64,000 nucleotides of DNA. Source: the human T2T-CHM13v2.0 reference genome, Homo sapiens. Each line of letters begins with the position of its first letter. Position 1 is the stretch's first letter. Shown piece after piece: positions 32,761 through 47,903 of the stretch. The stretch lies in the NCBI RefSeq assembly GCF_009914755.1, contig NC_060935.1, one strand, 5' to 3'. The translations under genes were made by a program, and so were the position numbers. Under the pieces are notes generated by a model. The model did not search any database, had not been told where the DNA came from, and was given only the letters and a program-made list of their open reading frames with translations.

Positions 32761-34103
32761 ATTCATTAAAATCACTCAGGAAATTATAGCTGCTAGCACT
32801 TTTTATTAGACATTGCAGATGAGTTAACACACCAAAGCTCCTTTTAATTTTTGGTTGTCCTTTGGGGGCTGCATGTGTGGGTTACATCTTATAGTCACTG
32901 CCTGCATTCTCTTTGTTTACTTTGTACTTGACTTGCTAAGCATGACACATGCAGAGGATCCAGTGACTACGTGTTTGGTCTCCTAGGACCTCTTCAGCCT
33001 CCTAGGCCTTGCACCAGTGGCATAGTCAGCAAGCTTGCTAAGCAAGGGGAACAGTGAAAAGAAGACAGGGGGTGCAGCATGCCAGTGTTTCTGTGGAACA
33101 ACCTTTATTGCCCAGCTATCCCCAGATATTCTAAAACAGTTATGACACCTTTTCAGATTTAGATCACCTCTTTATTTATATATACTGTGACTCTGCTAGT
33201 TTTAAGCAATTATAATTGATCAAAAACATTAGCCAGTGTTTTTCAAAGTATGAGTAAAATATGAATATTTTTAACATAATCTATATACTTTGCTTCATTT
33301 ATGAGAGAATTTGAAGCAGTTACCTAATTTGCTCTTATTGTCACCATTTTATTGAAATGGAAAGTAACTAGACAAAAAGAAACCTTAAAAGATTGTCGCC
33401 TAAATCTCTTCTCTTCAAGGTACAAGTTACCCTTAAACTCTTCTCTCCAGGTACCTTACACCTTAGTTGTGATTATCCAGCTGTCCTAGAGCAAGCCTGT
33501 GATTTCTCTATTGGTGATCTTGTGGCAGTATTTCACATTATTATATGTTTTTAAGGAAATCAAAGTGTTTCCTGATTGAAAAATAAGAATTAGTGCAATT
33601 GTTTTATCTTCTAGTTAATATGCCTTCTCCTAAAGTAATTCTCAAATTGTTTGAAACTGAAGGCCAAGAATATGGCAGAAAATAGAAATCATTTGAAACT
33701 GGTAAACATTTCAACTTGAATATATATGTCCAAAAAATTAAAATTCAAAAATGTTATATGCACTCACATATTCAGCACTCTAACTTAAGCTACAGCACAC
33801 TTCTGAGATCTGATAGTAACAATATTGTAAAGCTTAATTATATTTTTATGGCCCATGCCATCTGGGCATTTGTTCTGCTTACAATAGTAATAGAATTTAA
33901 AAAAAAAAAATTTAGTTTGCAGTGCAATTGTCTTACCACAAATGCATCAAGGCAAATTATCTCTTATTATTTCAGATCCTGTTCTTGTAGTTTGGATTTG
34001 TATCTGTTTGAAAATAGAAAAACTTCTCAGCAACTAAAAAAAAAAAAATCTCACATGGTTAATTCAAACAGAAGACACAAAACTCCTATCTTTATTTCTT
34101 AAA

Positions 34104-34482
34104 ACTATGCAGCCATAAAAAAGGATGAGTTCATGTCCTTTGTAGGGACATGGATGAAGCTGGAAACCATCATTCTCAGCAAACTATCGCAAGAACAAAA
34201 AACCATACACCGCATGTTCTCACTCGTAGGTGGGAATTGAACAATGAGAACACTTGGACACAGGAAGGGGAATATCACACACCAGGGCCTGTTGTGGGGT
34301 GGGAGGAGGGGGGAGGGAAAGCATTAGGAGATATACCCAATGTAAATGACGAGTTAATGGGTGCAGCACACCAACGTGGCACATGTATATATATGTAACA
34401 AACCTGCACGTTGTGCACATGTACCCTAGAACTTAAAGTATAATAAAAATAAAAAAATTAAAATTAAAAAATAAAAAATAAA
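34104..34482 (+). mobile_element. 5'-truncated L1PA (about PA4-PA5), last ~340 nt plus A-rich tail
   Basis: actatgcagccataaaaaaggatgagttcatg...G-rich tract...gtaccctagaacttaaagtataataaaa. Confidence 0.95.
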
Positions 34483-34537
34483 TTTTGATTTAGATCATAG
34501 AAAACACTACTCTTGTTTATGACTTAAAGATTATATA

Positions 34538-34832
<295 letters not shown>

Positions 34833-34883
34833 TTATATAGTATATGACTTAAGGATTATTTTCTGACTTCCTAAGTCAACATA

Positions 34884-35257
34884 TGTCTTAGTCCATTTTT
34901 GGTTGCTATAATAGAATACCAGAAACTGGGTAATTTATAAAGAACAGAAGTTTATTTGGCTCATGGTTTTGGAGACTGGGAAGTCCAAGAGCATGGTGCC
35001 AACATCTGGCAGGGGTCTTCCTGCTGCATCATAATATGGCAGAGAACACCACATGGTGAGAGGGCAAGAGCATGTCAGCTCAGGTCTCTCTTCCTCCTCT
35101 TACAAAGCCACCAGTCCCATCATGGGGCCCCACCCTGATGACCTTATCTAATCCTAATTACCGCCCAAAAGCCCCACTGTCAAATACCATTAACATATGA
35201 ATTTGGGGACTAAGTTTCCAACACATGAAATTTGAGGGACACATTCAAACCAGAATA
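34884..35257 (-). mobile_element. MaLR solo LTR (MST-type)
   Basis: tgtcttagtccattt..gttgctataatagaatacc..actgggtaatttataaag...gggacacattcaaacca; TSD acata/ccata. Confidence 0.85.
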
Positions 35258-35647
35258 CCATATAAATGTACTTATGTTTAATTGCTTTGTTGCTAGGAAC
35301 TTTGGATTGCGACAAACACAGATTTTAAAACTACTGCTTTATACACTTAAACATACAGGTTCAGAATCTTTTTATTTTGACATGTTAATTATTCAAAAAA
35401 TATTGCAGATTAAAATTCCTCTGCAACTGTAGTTATTACCAATGTTAATAAATGATAATAATGGTTATGTCTTAGTTCTAACTTTCTCTTAAAGGAAAAA
35501 GTGGACCACCATTATCAATATGTCTATTAATTTCTCTAGAGACAAGAAATCTGCATTAACCTTTGTGATATTTAAACATCATAAATGTTTGACATTCTAC
35601 ATGGTAAATTTTCAGACTGATATATTTCTATACATACAATACATAAT

Positions 35648-35835
35648 TTTTTTTAAATTTTGTTTGTTTATTTTTTTAGAGACAGGGTCTTGCTCTGTCA
35701 CCCAGGCAAGAGTGCAGTGGCACAAGTATAGCTCACTGTAACCTCAAACTCCTAGGCTCAAGTGATCCTCCTGCCTCAGCCTCCTGAGTAACTAGGACTG
35801 CAGATGCACACCACCACTCCTGGCTGATTTTTTAT
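35648..35835 (-). mobile_element. Alu right monomer (FRAM/AluJ)
   Basis: gagacagggtcttgctctgtcacccagg...atagctcactgtaacctcaaactcct. Confidence 0.85.
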
Positions 35836-36155
35836 TTTTTATAAATAAAGGATTTCCAAGGCTGGTCATGAATATAATATTTTTAATAAAAATACGTTGC
35901 ATTTTTATATGTTGTATTTTTTTACTTTTTAAATTGACATATAATAATTGTACATATTCATAGGGCACATAGTAATGTTTTGATGCATTTAATAAATACA
36001 TAGGGATTAGCTCAGGATAATTAGCATGCCTATCATCTCAAACGTTTATTATTTCGTTGTGCTGGGAATGTTTAATATCTTCCTTCTACTATTAGAAATG
36101 ATATATTATTTTCAACTCTAGTCATCCTACAGTGGTATAGAGTACTAGAACTTAA

Positions 36156-36284
36156 GGCCAGACATGGTGGCTCATGCCTATAATCCCAACACTTTTGAGA
36201 GGCCAAGGTGGGAAGATTGCTTGAAGCCAGCACTTCAAGACCAGCCTAGTCTATATAGTGAGACCCCATCTCTACCAAAAAAAA
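36156..36284 (+). mobile_element. Alu left monomer (FLAM_C/AluJ)
   Basis: ggccagacatggtggctcatgcctataatccc...gtgagaccccatctctac followed by an A-run. Confidence 0.85.
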
Positions 36285-36465
36285 GTTTTAATTAAATGTT
36301 ATATTTATTTTTATATATTTATATATGTAATTAATTTAATTTGTTTATATATTTAATTTAATATATTAAATTAATATAATTAATAATTAATGATATATTT
36401 AATTTAATTAATTTTATATATTTATATATTTAATTCATATATTTTAACTTTTATCTAATATTTTC
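36285..36465. repeat. Very AT-rich low-complexity block
   Basis: About 180 nt composed almost entirely of A/T, with many TA/TTAA units. Confidence 0.9.
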
Positions 36466-37406
36466 AAAAAAAGAACACTATAACTTCTATCTAGCTATAA
36501 ATGTACATCCTTTAACAAGTCTCTGCCTCGCCTTCCCTTCCACCTACCCATCCCAACATCTAGTACCTGTGTTCTACTTTTTATAATACTTCTATGACAT
36601 GAACATTTTTAGCTCCCACATATGAGTGAGAACAGGTGGTGTTTAACTTTCTGTTCCTGGCTTATTTCACTTAATATAATGTCCTCCAGTTCCATCCACA
36701 TTGCTGCAAATGTCAGGATTACATTCTTTTTTATTGCTAAATATTATTCCATTGTGTATGTATACACCACATTTTCTTTATTCATCTTTTTTTGGACACC
36801 TAGGTTGACTTCATATCTTAGCTATCGTGAATAGTGCTGCAGTAGACGTGGATGTCCGGATGTCTCTTTAATGTAATGATTTCCTTTCCTTTGGAGAAAT
36901 TCCCAGTAGTGGGATTGCTGGATCATATGGTAGTTTCATTTGCAGTTTCTTGAGAACCCTTCATACTATTCTTCATAGTTGCTGCACGAGTTTATATTCC
37001 CACCAACAGTGTAATACGTAATATTTAATACCAGATATATATAATTTCATGTAAGTATATATATGAAATAAAACCTTACAGTTCATGTTACTAGCAATAT
37101 CCTTGATGTTCAACTGAAAATATAAAGTAGTCAAAGACCTCATTTTACCACGTGTAATCTATTGACAATATACTTTTATAACGTATACAAAAAATACTGA
37201 ATCATCTTGGTATGTTGTAAGTGTGGAAAATTTAATGATACTTATGTTTTATTATTTCCCTTTATTCTATAACAATGTATTATTTTATAATACCTTCTGT
37301 AATTTACTATGTTAATATAATTCCATGGCAAGAATTCATCAATTCTACTTGAATGGTTGGTATTTTCTTTTTTCTTTAAATTATACAAGTGATATGTGAC
37401 TAATTT

Positions 37407-37861
37407 TATATTATTTTTCTGTTACTGCTATAAAAAATCACCACAAACTTAGTGGCTTAAAATAACATAAATTATTTCCCTATAATTCTAGAGGTCAGAG
37501 GTCCACAGTCAGGATCTCAAAGGATTAAGGTCAAGGTATCAGCAATACTGGTTCCTTCTGGAAGCTTTACAGGAGAATCCATTTTCCAGTTCTGTAAACT
37601 ACCAGCATTCCTTGGCTATGGCCTCATCACTCTAACCTCTGCTTCCATCATTACATGGCCTCTCTGACTTTTACCCTTCATCCTCCTTTTATAAGGACTC
37701 TTGTGATTATATTGTGCCCAGGGCAATCATTTCCCCATTTCAGGATCCCTAATCACATATGAAAAGTCCTCCTTGCTATGTAAAGTAACATTCACGGATT
37801 CCAGGAATTAGGACATGTACATCTTCAAGGATAAGCAGGAGCATTATTACAGCCTACCACT
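37407..37861 (-). mobile_element. MaLR solo LTR (MLT1C-E-like)
   Basis: actgctataaaaaatcaccacaaacttagtggcttaaa...gcattattacagcctaccac. Confidence 0.8.
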
Positions 37862-39359
37862 CATTCTTTTATTTTTTAGTTTCAATTTTTTAAAAATATC
37901 ATCGTTCTCTTCTACCACAGGGCCTTTGCCATTCAGTCTTCTTGGACATGTAACTCTTTACATTTTCCCCCTAACTAAATAATTCCTTTTCAGCTCCCAG
38001 AGTAGTATCTCCTACAGGGAAACCTTCTACTTCTCCTCTTTTATATCCTTAAAGCATCATGATGTTCTCAAGCCACAACAAAGCCATCAGAGTTCGATTT
38101 CATCTCAGATGGTTTTCATGTAAGCCCATGAAATGTAACCTTGATATTCAGGTTTATATTTCACAATTTTAGCAGTATAGCATCCAAGACATAATTTTTA
38201 AAGCCAACTCTCAGTTATCTACAAGTGTATTATACACATTTAAGATTATCTGAATCAAAAATAAGTTTTTATTGACAGTAACACCTCATTCCCTGGCCTA
38301 AGGACCTTTTTTTTAAAGGATCTTTTATTTAAATAATATACTTCTGGCCAGATCTGGAGATCAAAAAGTTATCAATGAGTTCCAATAAAAGTGAGAACCA
38401 ACAAATTTATAAACTGGTGCTTGTTAAGCTCTGATTTCAAGTAGTATCTCAGTATGAATGTCTTAAGAGAAGATGCTGGTTTTACCCAGCAGTAAGAAAG
38501 TTGAGCAGTAAATTAAGTCACAGAAGTCAACTAACTTTTAATTTCTTCCTAAGAAAACCATAATAAAAACAATGCTGAAGTATATTCTGAATCAAATATA
38601 TATATTTTTAAGCTGCTCCTTTGAATTACCTGTTGCCTAAAGTTTCCACTGTTAGTGTAACTAATTGAATAATTATGCAAGGAAAGTTGTTATTGACATC
38701 CAAGATTTTGTTTGTAGTAAAAATGTTATTTAATTCCCCAATTTTTCTTTTATATGTAAGATTAAAATTTAGACTTTCATCAGCATTATCCTTTTGGTCT
38801 TTAAAATATCTGAAATCTAACTGTAATTCTATGACAGGAGGTCCACGATTAATTGATTTTATTAAATTTTCTACTCTCTAACAACTCTCTGATCTATACA
38901 TCCTGTCATTGAATATTTTTGGTATTTGAGTCAAAATCATTTGAGTGAAAGAATATAAGTTCAAAATGGGCAATTGCTGGTATGAGGTTTACCCAAAACC
39001 AAGGGTCCTGAGTAGGAAAGCATATGCATACGACCTGGTGTCAGTTAGGAACAAATTGATGATACGTCATATTACAAACTATAGATTTGAAATACTTTTA
39101 AATAGGATTTTCAATCCAAGGGTCTGTGTTTCCAAGATTAGTCTTCAGGTGCTAGTTAAGTTTATGCTAAAACTGAAAAGCTGCTCCTAAGGAAGTGTAA
39201 TACTTACCGAATGACCCAAGTTTCACGTATTCAGTTACTCACTATCAGGGAATTGTTAAGTATGTGGAAAGCATTGTTTATTACTCTGTAATGATACCAA
39301 GTCTCGTAAAATATGATCCCTCTCCCCAAGAAAGAGTTTATCGTGGTAATTAATATACC

Positions 39360-39605
39360 ACACCTCAGTATCTGCGGACTTGGATTTTAGTCCCAACTCT
39401 GCCATTTACTAATTGTCTGACTTAAAGAAAGTATCTTAGTTTGACTCTACGTCCTTATTTCCTTATCTTGAATAAAATAAGATAATAATAAAAATACCTA
39501 TTTTGTTCTAAGGATTAAATGATAAAATACACATGAATTGCCTAATACAATAACTGGCATATTTTAAATACTCAATGTATGTTAGCCAAAACAATAATTA
39601 TCATT
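39360..39605 (+). mobile_element. MIR
   Basis: tagtcccaactctgccatttacta...aaggattaaatga...tggcatat...ctcaatgtatgttagc. Confidence 0.6.
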
Positions 39606-39734
39606 GTTACTGCAATCTAGCTTGGGAAGTAAGATTTACAATCACAATGTGTCAAATACCAATTTAAGATAATAATAGATTAAATTATTAATTATTACTA
39701 TGTATTGAGAATGCTGTAGGAAACAAGCCTTCTC

Positions 39735-39978
39735 TGATCATGCTATTATATACAGTGTACATGTGCACACCCCCTCAGCAAACTGTTTGTTGCCTTCCTT
39801 GCACTTATCACAGTCTTTAATTTTTGTTGCTAGTTTCTTATCTGTCTTCCCCACTATATTATAAGCCCTTTTTATACTGGGGCCATATTTCTCTTATTCA
39901 TTCTTTGCATCTCCAGCACCTGCTATAGTGCCTGAAAAAGAGTAGACACTCAATAAATATTTGTTGAATACGTGAATT
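39735..39978 (+). mobile_element. L2 3' end
   Basis: tctgtcttccccacta...tctccagcacctgctatagtgcctg...ctcaataaatatttgttgaat. Confidence 0.7.
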
Positions 39979-40014
39979 AGACAAGGGGGAAATTACTGTT
40001 GGCCAGCATGATCA

Positions 40015-40503
<489 letters not shown>

Positions 40504-43500
40504 TCAGAAGAAAAGAGTTCATTGGCATAAATGGACTTTGGATACCTCTTCAGCATACGGATGAGAAGAATAAGACACAGAGAGCGACATAATCAGTATT
40601 ACAATCCATATCTTTTCATGTAACTATCCAAGCATTTAAATACTATATCATGTAAGTAATAGAGCTTACAATATAATAGGGGAGACTAGAACCCGTGACT
40701 TTAGGCTGTTGGTTCCATGAAGTAAGAAATAGATGGGGAGGTAACTATGAGCACGGAGTCTAATTAGGAAACAATTGTGACAGTCCAAATCAAAAATGAT
40801 TAGGGAAACAAGATATAAAGCAAGAGGAATCTTGTATTATAGTTCACTATGCTCTTTTAGATTGGATATGAATATTTATGGTTACAGTAAATATGAGACT
40901 CTGTTACACTCTAACTGAAAGTCTTTTATATTACGCTTGGATGATACATAAATGTAAAAAACAAAGTGTACTTTATTTTTAGAGATTCTTTATGAAAATG
41001 CAAACAGGTTCCATAAAACCTAGAGGTAATCAAAAACTTATCTGGGACACTTTTGAAAATGAAGACACTGTGTGTACCATGTGGTAGTGTTAAGTGCCCT
41101 TATAACAAATCATTCACAGAAGAGCCATAGACAAATAAACGTTTCAAAAGTGGTCTGACGGCTTCTGACAGCAGTATAAAGCCATCTTTCAGAGCCAGTA
41201 ATTCAGTCAGACCCATCTGAATCATTTCCTCTATAAATTGTCTTTAGTAGAAATACAAGAAAAAGCACCAGTGAACTAATAATTATCTCCTCTTTGTCAT
41301 CAGAGTGGCCTAGGTTAAGAAAATGCCACCTTAAAACTAATTTAATCTTTTAAAATTTACCTGAAATTATTCTGTTATATTTTTGGTAAAATATAGCACA
41401 TTCGAATATTATATATTTTTCTTTTATGTGTATAGATTTAGAAAGCTTATGATGATAAAGATAAATATGTACCTCTGCATTATTTTAGACTACAATTTTC
41501 AAATATTTTGACCAAACTAACCAAATTAGTCATTTATTTAATAAACTATTAATAGTAGTAGGTACAGCCTTAGTCTTTTTATTATTTTCCTTCCTTTCAC
41601 TTTATTTAAAAAAATTACCTAATGAATTAAATCATAAACCTGCAAATTATCAACTGGCCCATACTACAATGCCATATTAATGATGCAGCTGATGAAAATA
41701 AGTATCAATAACCTAAAGATGCATAGTGCTAGAGACAAAGGTGGCATTTTACATTTTTATTAACACTTGTAATTTTCTTCTGCTTGATTTCTTTTAGGCC
41801 AAGCCCAATTTCTTCTAAACCATGGGTCAGTGAGCTCATGTTGATTCTCATATGAATGATGGGCTTGATTTTGCAAAGCTATCACCAACTACCAATACCT
41901 AGGTCTAGTTACCATCATTATGAACAACCTAGAATATAACATTACAAATTAGAATGCATTATTTCCTTTAATTTCACTAACTATGGCAATACTAGACACC
42001 AACAGAATTGTGTACGTTTGTGAAGCATTATATTTTTAAATGTTATTAGTGTGGAAGTAATGAAATCACATAAAATTCAATGATAATACTCTGTTTTAAG
42101 CATATGTTATCTTTCCTTGTTAAATATCATTGAAATAAAAAAGAACCTGTGTGAACTTAAATATTCTTAATAAGGCAAAGTTTTGTATTTAGTAAATGAT
42201 CTCTTGTAACCAGAGGTAAGTTTGAGAGCAACCAGGTTTCACCAGGTAATACATATCTGCAATAGTAGCTTTTCTACATCCCCCAAAATGAAAACAATAT
42301 TATATTAATAAATCCTAAGAGGCTTCTATTAGCTTGATAAATAAGTACATTTAAAATACAAGGTAAAAAGGATTTGTTTAAATACTTTAAATGTCTTTAT
42401 CATACTATTCTAGTGATGTCAAATACAATTTTCATTTTTAAGAGATTTTGGTTAGAATTTAATCTTTGAAAATATTAATAACAGCTTACAGCAGGTAAGC
42501 TATAAAATAGCACTGGATGCTGTCTATTTAGTTTCTGGTTGAAAAAGCACAGCAGTACTTTAGTTCATTACCTTTGAAAAAAACAGTAACAAGATAATAC
42601 AGCTGCCTCTGATTAAGATGTAAATTCTTTCTAATTAGAATGTAAATTCTTACATTTAAATGAAGACATCAATTGTCAGGATGCCATATGATATCTTATT
42701 CCACCTTGCCTGAATGAAGCCCTCACTGCTCATCTATGCCACTAAAATAGTTTTGCAATCCCTTTGTTCTCTGATTCTTGTAATATTCTCTCTTCATGTT
42801 CCCTTTTCACATTGCTTTTGTTTGTTTTCCCCCTTGCATCTGATATTGTTGTGCCTTGGGATTTTGCGGAAATTTGGACTGAAAATTGAGTTCAGTCAGT
42901 GCCAGTATTTGCTTGTGCCTCAATTACTTCTGCTGAATTTTCCTCAATGCAAATCAGGCAGGTTGCATAAAGTGGTGCATGTATTTGAAATAATCAATTT
43001 TCCGTAAAATGATGGATCAAGTCCAATCAACCTTCATGAAATCTAAATAATAGAATAGAGAATTAGAAATTAATTAACATTTTGTGTTGTTAATACTTTA
43101 TGGTATAATCTAGCAATGGTAAGTTTTACTGTTGATTCTAACTTTTCCTTTATCAAATGTTGATGAAAACCTTCTGCCTCAATCATTTCTTGCCAGAAAT
43201 ATGCTAACAAGGAATTCTGTATCAATAACATTGAAGCAAATATTTCAAAGTATAATGATTATACAAACAATTGACCAGTAAGTTAAATTATTTGTGCTTC
43301 TCTTTACTGAGCAATGGTAAAAGTTTTATCTTGCATAATATACTCTAATTTATAGAAATCTACTATTAATGTTGGATAAGGCCATGACCCTTTGAGCATC
43401 ATATTATTATATATTTATGCCATGTTTCCTCAACCAAAAGAGCTGTAACTTTAGAGGTAAACTCAATTCCACCAACCTTACAGTGTTAGGCAAGGAGAAA

Positions 43501-44350
43501 CCTAGACACTGAAAGAAAGCTTTACAGATGGAAGAGTATCTACCCAAGTTAGTTGTATTTATTTTTAACTATTATAGAAAATTTCAAACATACACAAAAG
43601 TAGAGAATAATATAATAAACCCCTGTGGACCTATCAACCTTCTTCTCTCCTCAAGGGGAGGTAACAGGGAAACTAAACATACAAACCTGCAATATAATGA
43701 TTGGAATGCAAATAACAAACAATAATGTGCAATAGAAGCTAAAATGTAGTTAGAGAATAGGAATGCTATATAAGTGCTTAGAGAAGGACAGTTTGTGCTG
43801 AATGGACAGAGAAGAGAAAGAATGCCAAGTAGAGTAGAAATATTATAAGAGATTTAGGGGTGACCAGTGTCTGTGATGGTATAGAAAAGACCAGCACTGT
43901 ATGATTAATCATAAGTTTCATTTTGGATGTAAAACTGCTTAAGTCTGGTAAGATGTAGGGATTTCAGAGCCAGGCAATACATTTTAGTAACAGTTAGCCA
44001 AGGTAGTATTTTAGGCATGATAATAATAGAATGAAAAATACCTTCTTTTTGTCCAAACAAAAATCTCTTGTTGTAATTAAATTATTTCCTTAGAATTTTT
44101 TTATCATGTTCACAAACAGAAGGACATTCTAGTGACTAAAATATAAATTGTAAAGAAAAATTTTTTATTTCTAACCCACCTAGTTAAAAGTAAATGTTAG
44201 TAATGACTCTGCAGTGATGTTTACTATATTTCATTTTACTTCTTCCAGTACAATCAAGAGAAATATCACTGTTGACTCATATTGTTACTTAACAGTTGTT
44301 TAAAACCATATTTGTTTTTACACAATTCCAAATTTGTGGAATTTACATGC

Positions 44351-44833
44351 TGTACCAGTTTTCTATTGCTGCTATGAAAAATTGCTATAATTTTAGTGGG
44401 TTGAACAATACAAATTTATTTTCCTACGGTTCTGGCAGGCAGAGGTCCAAAAAGGGGTCAGCACAGCTACGTTCCTCCTGGATGGTCCAAGGAAGAAGCT
44501 ATTTCCTTGCCTTTTCCAGCTTCTAGAGGTTGCCTGCATTCCTTGGCTCATGGCTTCTTCCTCCGTTTTCAAAGCGAGCAACATTGGGTTTGAGTCCTTA
44601 TGTTACCAACTCTCTGGTTTTTTTTCTGCCTCTCTCCTTCACTTTTAAGGATCCTTGTAATTACATTGGACCCACTTAAATAAACCAAGATCTTCCTATT
44701 TTAAGGTCGACCAATCAGCAACCTTAATTCAATCTTTCACCTTAATTCCTCTTTGCCATGTAAGGTAACACATTACAGGTTCCAAAGACTGTGGTATGGA
44801 CATTTTTTGAGGACTGTTATTCTGCCTACCACA
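44351..44833 (-). mobile_element. MaLR solo LTR (MLT1D-like)
   Basis: tgtaccagttttctattgctgct...tttccagcttctagaggttgcctgcattccttggctc...ttattctgcctaccaca. Confidence 0.85.
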
Positions 44834-45469
44834 CATTTCTTTCATTTTTACTCATCAGTAACCACTATGATAGTTCATAGAGACGGAAGAACCACTTCGT
44901 TGGCTCAGATGGCAACTCTTTCTCAGATTTAAAATAAACTAATATTTCTCATTTTAGCTGAATTTGAGAAAAAGAAGAGAAATTAGACTAAATGCTGTAA
45001 ATTAAAATTGTACAACCAAATGTAATCAGTTTTATAAAAAATGCTTAATAAAATTAGTCTTTGTGGACATGGCCAAAAAAACTGTATTTCAAAGAAGGGA
45101 ATAAGAAGCCAGAATTAGTTGATTACTTTCTATGTGGCGGACACTATAATAAATATATTAAGATATTATTACCTTTTAATATTTAAACACTCCTATTATT
45201 AGCTGTATTTTCCTTTTAAAGATAAGAAGCTGAAGATGGAAAAATGTAGGTAGCTTCCCAAAAGACATGCACACAGTTACTGAGAGATTCCAATGTGTTC
45301 ATGTTACAGCACGCTAAATTGTGTGAAATGTCAGTTGTATCAATCAAGAAACAATTTCTAAATATTAAGATCAGGCATTCAAAGTATTGTGGAACCAACA
45401 AGCAAGTATGAGACATAATCCCTGCCTTCAAGGAATTTGTAATCTAGTTGTAGAAATAAGGCTAAACAC

Positions 45470-45680
45470 ATAGCATAAGTGTTTTAAAGCATGAATTCTG
45501 GTGTCAGACAGCTTTAGGTTAGAATCCTTGCTCTTTTACTGCTTAATCTTTTGCTACTTATATGTGAGCCTAGGTTTCCTTTCCTGCCTCATTGGGTTGT
45601 TACAAAGAGTAACTATACATTAAGTCACTTAGCCTAGGATCTGACACAGAGCAAGCACTCAATAGACGGTAACTGCTTTA
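45470..45680 (+). mobile_element. MIR
   Basis: taaagcatgaattctggtgtcagacagc..ggttagaatcc...ctgacacagagcaagcactcaataga. Confidence 0.6.
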
Positions 45681-45817
45681 CTAAAATAAAATTCAAACAG
45701 TACAAGGGCTGAGTTAATGATTACACAGTTAAGGGATATAGGAGTTTAGCAGAAGAAGAGCTAACTGTCAAACCAGTGATTTCATGTAATGTTAGAGATA
45801 TGTATTAGTACAAGGAG

Positions 45818-46120
45818 GTTTGTTTGTTTGTTTGTTTTTGAGACAGGGCCTCGCTGTGTCACCCAGGCTAGAGTGCAGTGGCATGATCGTAGCTCACTGC
45901 AGCCTCAAATTCCTGGGTTGTAAACCATCCTCCTGCCTCAGCCTCCCGAGTAGCTAGGACTACGGGCACACACCACCACATCCAGCTAATTTATTTATTT
46001 GGTAGAGACAAGATTTTGTTATGTTGCCCAGGATGGTGTCAAACTCCTAGCCTCAAACCATTCCCCTGTCTCAGCCTCCCAAAGTGCCGGGATTGCAGGC
46101 ACAAGCCACCGTGCTCTGCC
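45818..46120 (-). mobile_element. AluJ with (GTTT)n tail
   Basis: gatcgtagctcactgcagcctcaaattcctggg; reverse dimer. Confidence 0.9.
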
Positions 46121-46146
46121 TAGTTCTTTATTTATGAGGATAATGA

Positions 46147-46357
46147 GTAGCAGTATAGTGTAGTGGTTAAGTGCACTGGCTCTGGAAAAGAATATCTGCT
46201 TTTACATTCTGTCTCTTTACTAATTTGTCTATGCCTCAGTTTTCTCATTTGTAAAATGGGGATAAATATAGTTTCTATATCATGGGGCTGATAAGATTAA
46301 TATGCAAAGTGCTTAGAAGAGTATCTGGCACATAAATGCCATATAAGTGTTATTATT
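46147..46357 (+). mobile_element. MIR, near full length
   Basis: gtagtggttaagtgcactggctctgga...tgcctcagttttctcatttgtaaaatgggga...aaagtgcttagaa..tggcacata. Confidence 0.8.
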
Positions 46358-47281
46358 AATATCAAGGAATACTGTGTGTAGCCCATCAGTGATCCATTGT
46401 AGTTGACAGTGATAGTAAGAAATAATACATGTAGTTTCAGTTTCCCATTGCAATATAGATGATTTACGTAGCTGGACAACCTTACCAATAGGATAAGCAT
46501 TATACAAAGATATATCAAGTACCTGCAATGTACCTAGCAGTATGCTTTGGATGATACAAAATAACAAACATTCTCAATTTCTATAAACCTCCCTGTCTAG
46601 ATGAGAAGACAAAACTGATAGTGAATGAAATAGAGATTAATTAAGTGCTAAAATTAAGGTAAATTGATGCCAAGTGCAGTAAGAATTCAGAGAAAAGAGA
46701 AATCTTTATGGATCATATTATACATTACTAGAAAAAGTAGGACTTGAACTAGGACTAGAATAATGGATGAGATTCTATTGACCAGTGAGAAGATAATGAA
46801 CAGTTCTAAATATAAGAAATTGCTCAAACCAGGAGTCTCATGCATCTTTTATTCTAAACTTTCCCCCCAACTTGTTAATTTGGCAGCAGGAAAAAAAAAT
46901 GAATGAGATGGCCACAAATGCCGTAAACCTGAGGAATCATAGATAAATGAAGGAATTGAAGGGATTTAAGAACAAGGAGTCTGTGGATAGAATTTGGGAG
47001 TTCCAGGAACTTGGATTGAAAAGAAATGTACATGTTTATTTTTACTAGCCTCCCACTGAAACGTAGCATTTTCTTAGTTATAAATATAGGCAACAAACCG
47101 CAGTCACATTAGCAGTAACTGTGACTGTCGTCAACAGAAATCATAGACTTTTTCATGCATTTATTGCTGTCTCAAAGTATTACTTACCTCATTTGTAATA
47201 TATTAGTATCAGGCCCATGGCTATTCTTGTTATTCAATGGTTAATAAAAATGTGCAGATAGATGGTTATATAAAAATTTAT

Positions 47282-47623
<342 letters not shown>

Positions 47624-47752
47624 TTAGTGTATTTTATTTTATACATTTAAAATCATTATAGTGAAAAAATGACATCATCATAGTGCTTCTGTTTATGGAC
47701 CTGGGAATATATTAGTTTTTTGATAACCGCATCCATAGTTGACTCATATTGA

Positions 47753-47903
<151 letters not shown>

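Larger units (their letters stand above)
35915..37012 (-). mobile_element. L1MA (about MA8-10) 3' end, interrupted by an Alu monomer and an AT-rich block
   Basis: aattgacatataataattgtacatattcatagg...ctcccacatatgagtgagaac...cccagtagtgggattgctggatcatatggtag. Confidence 0.85.
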
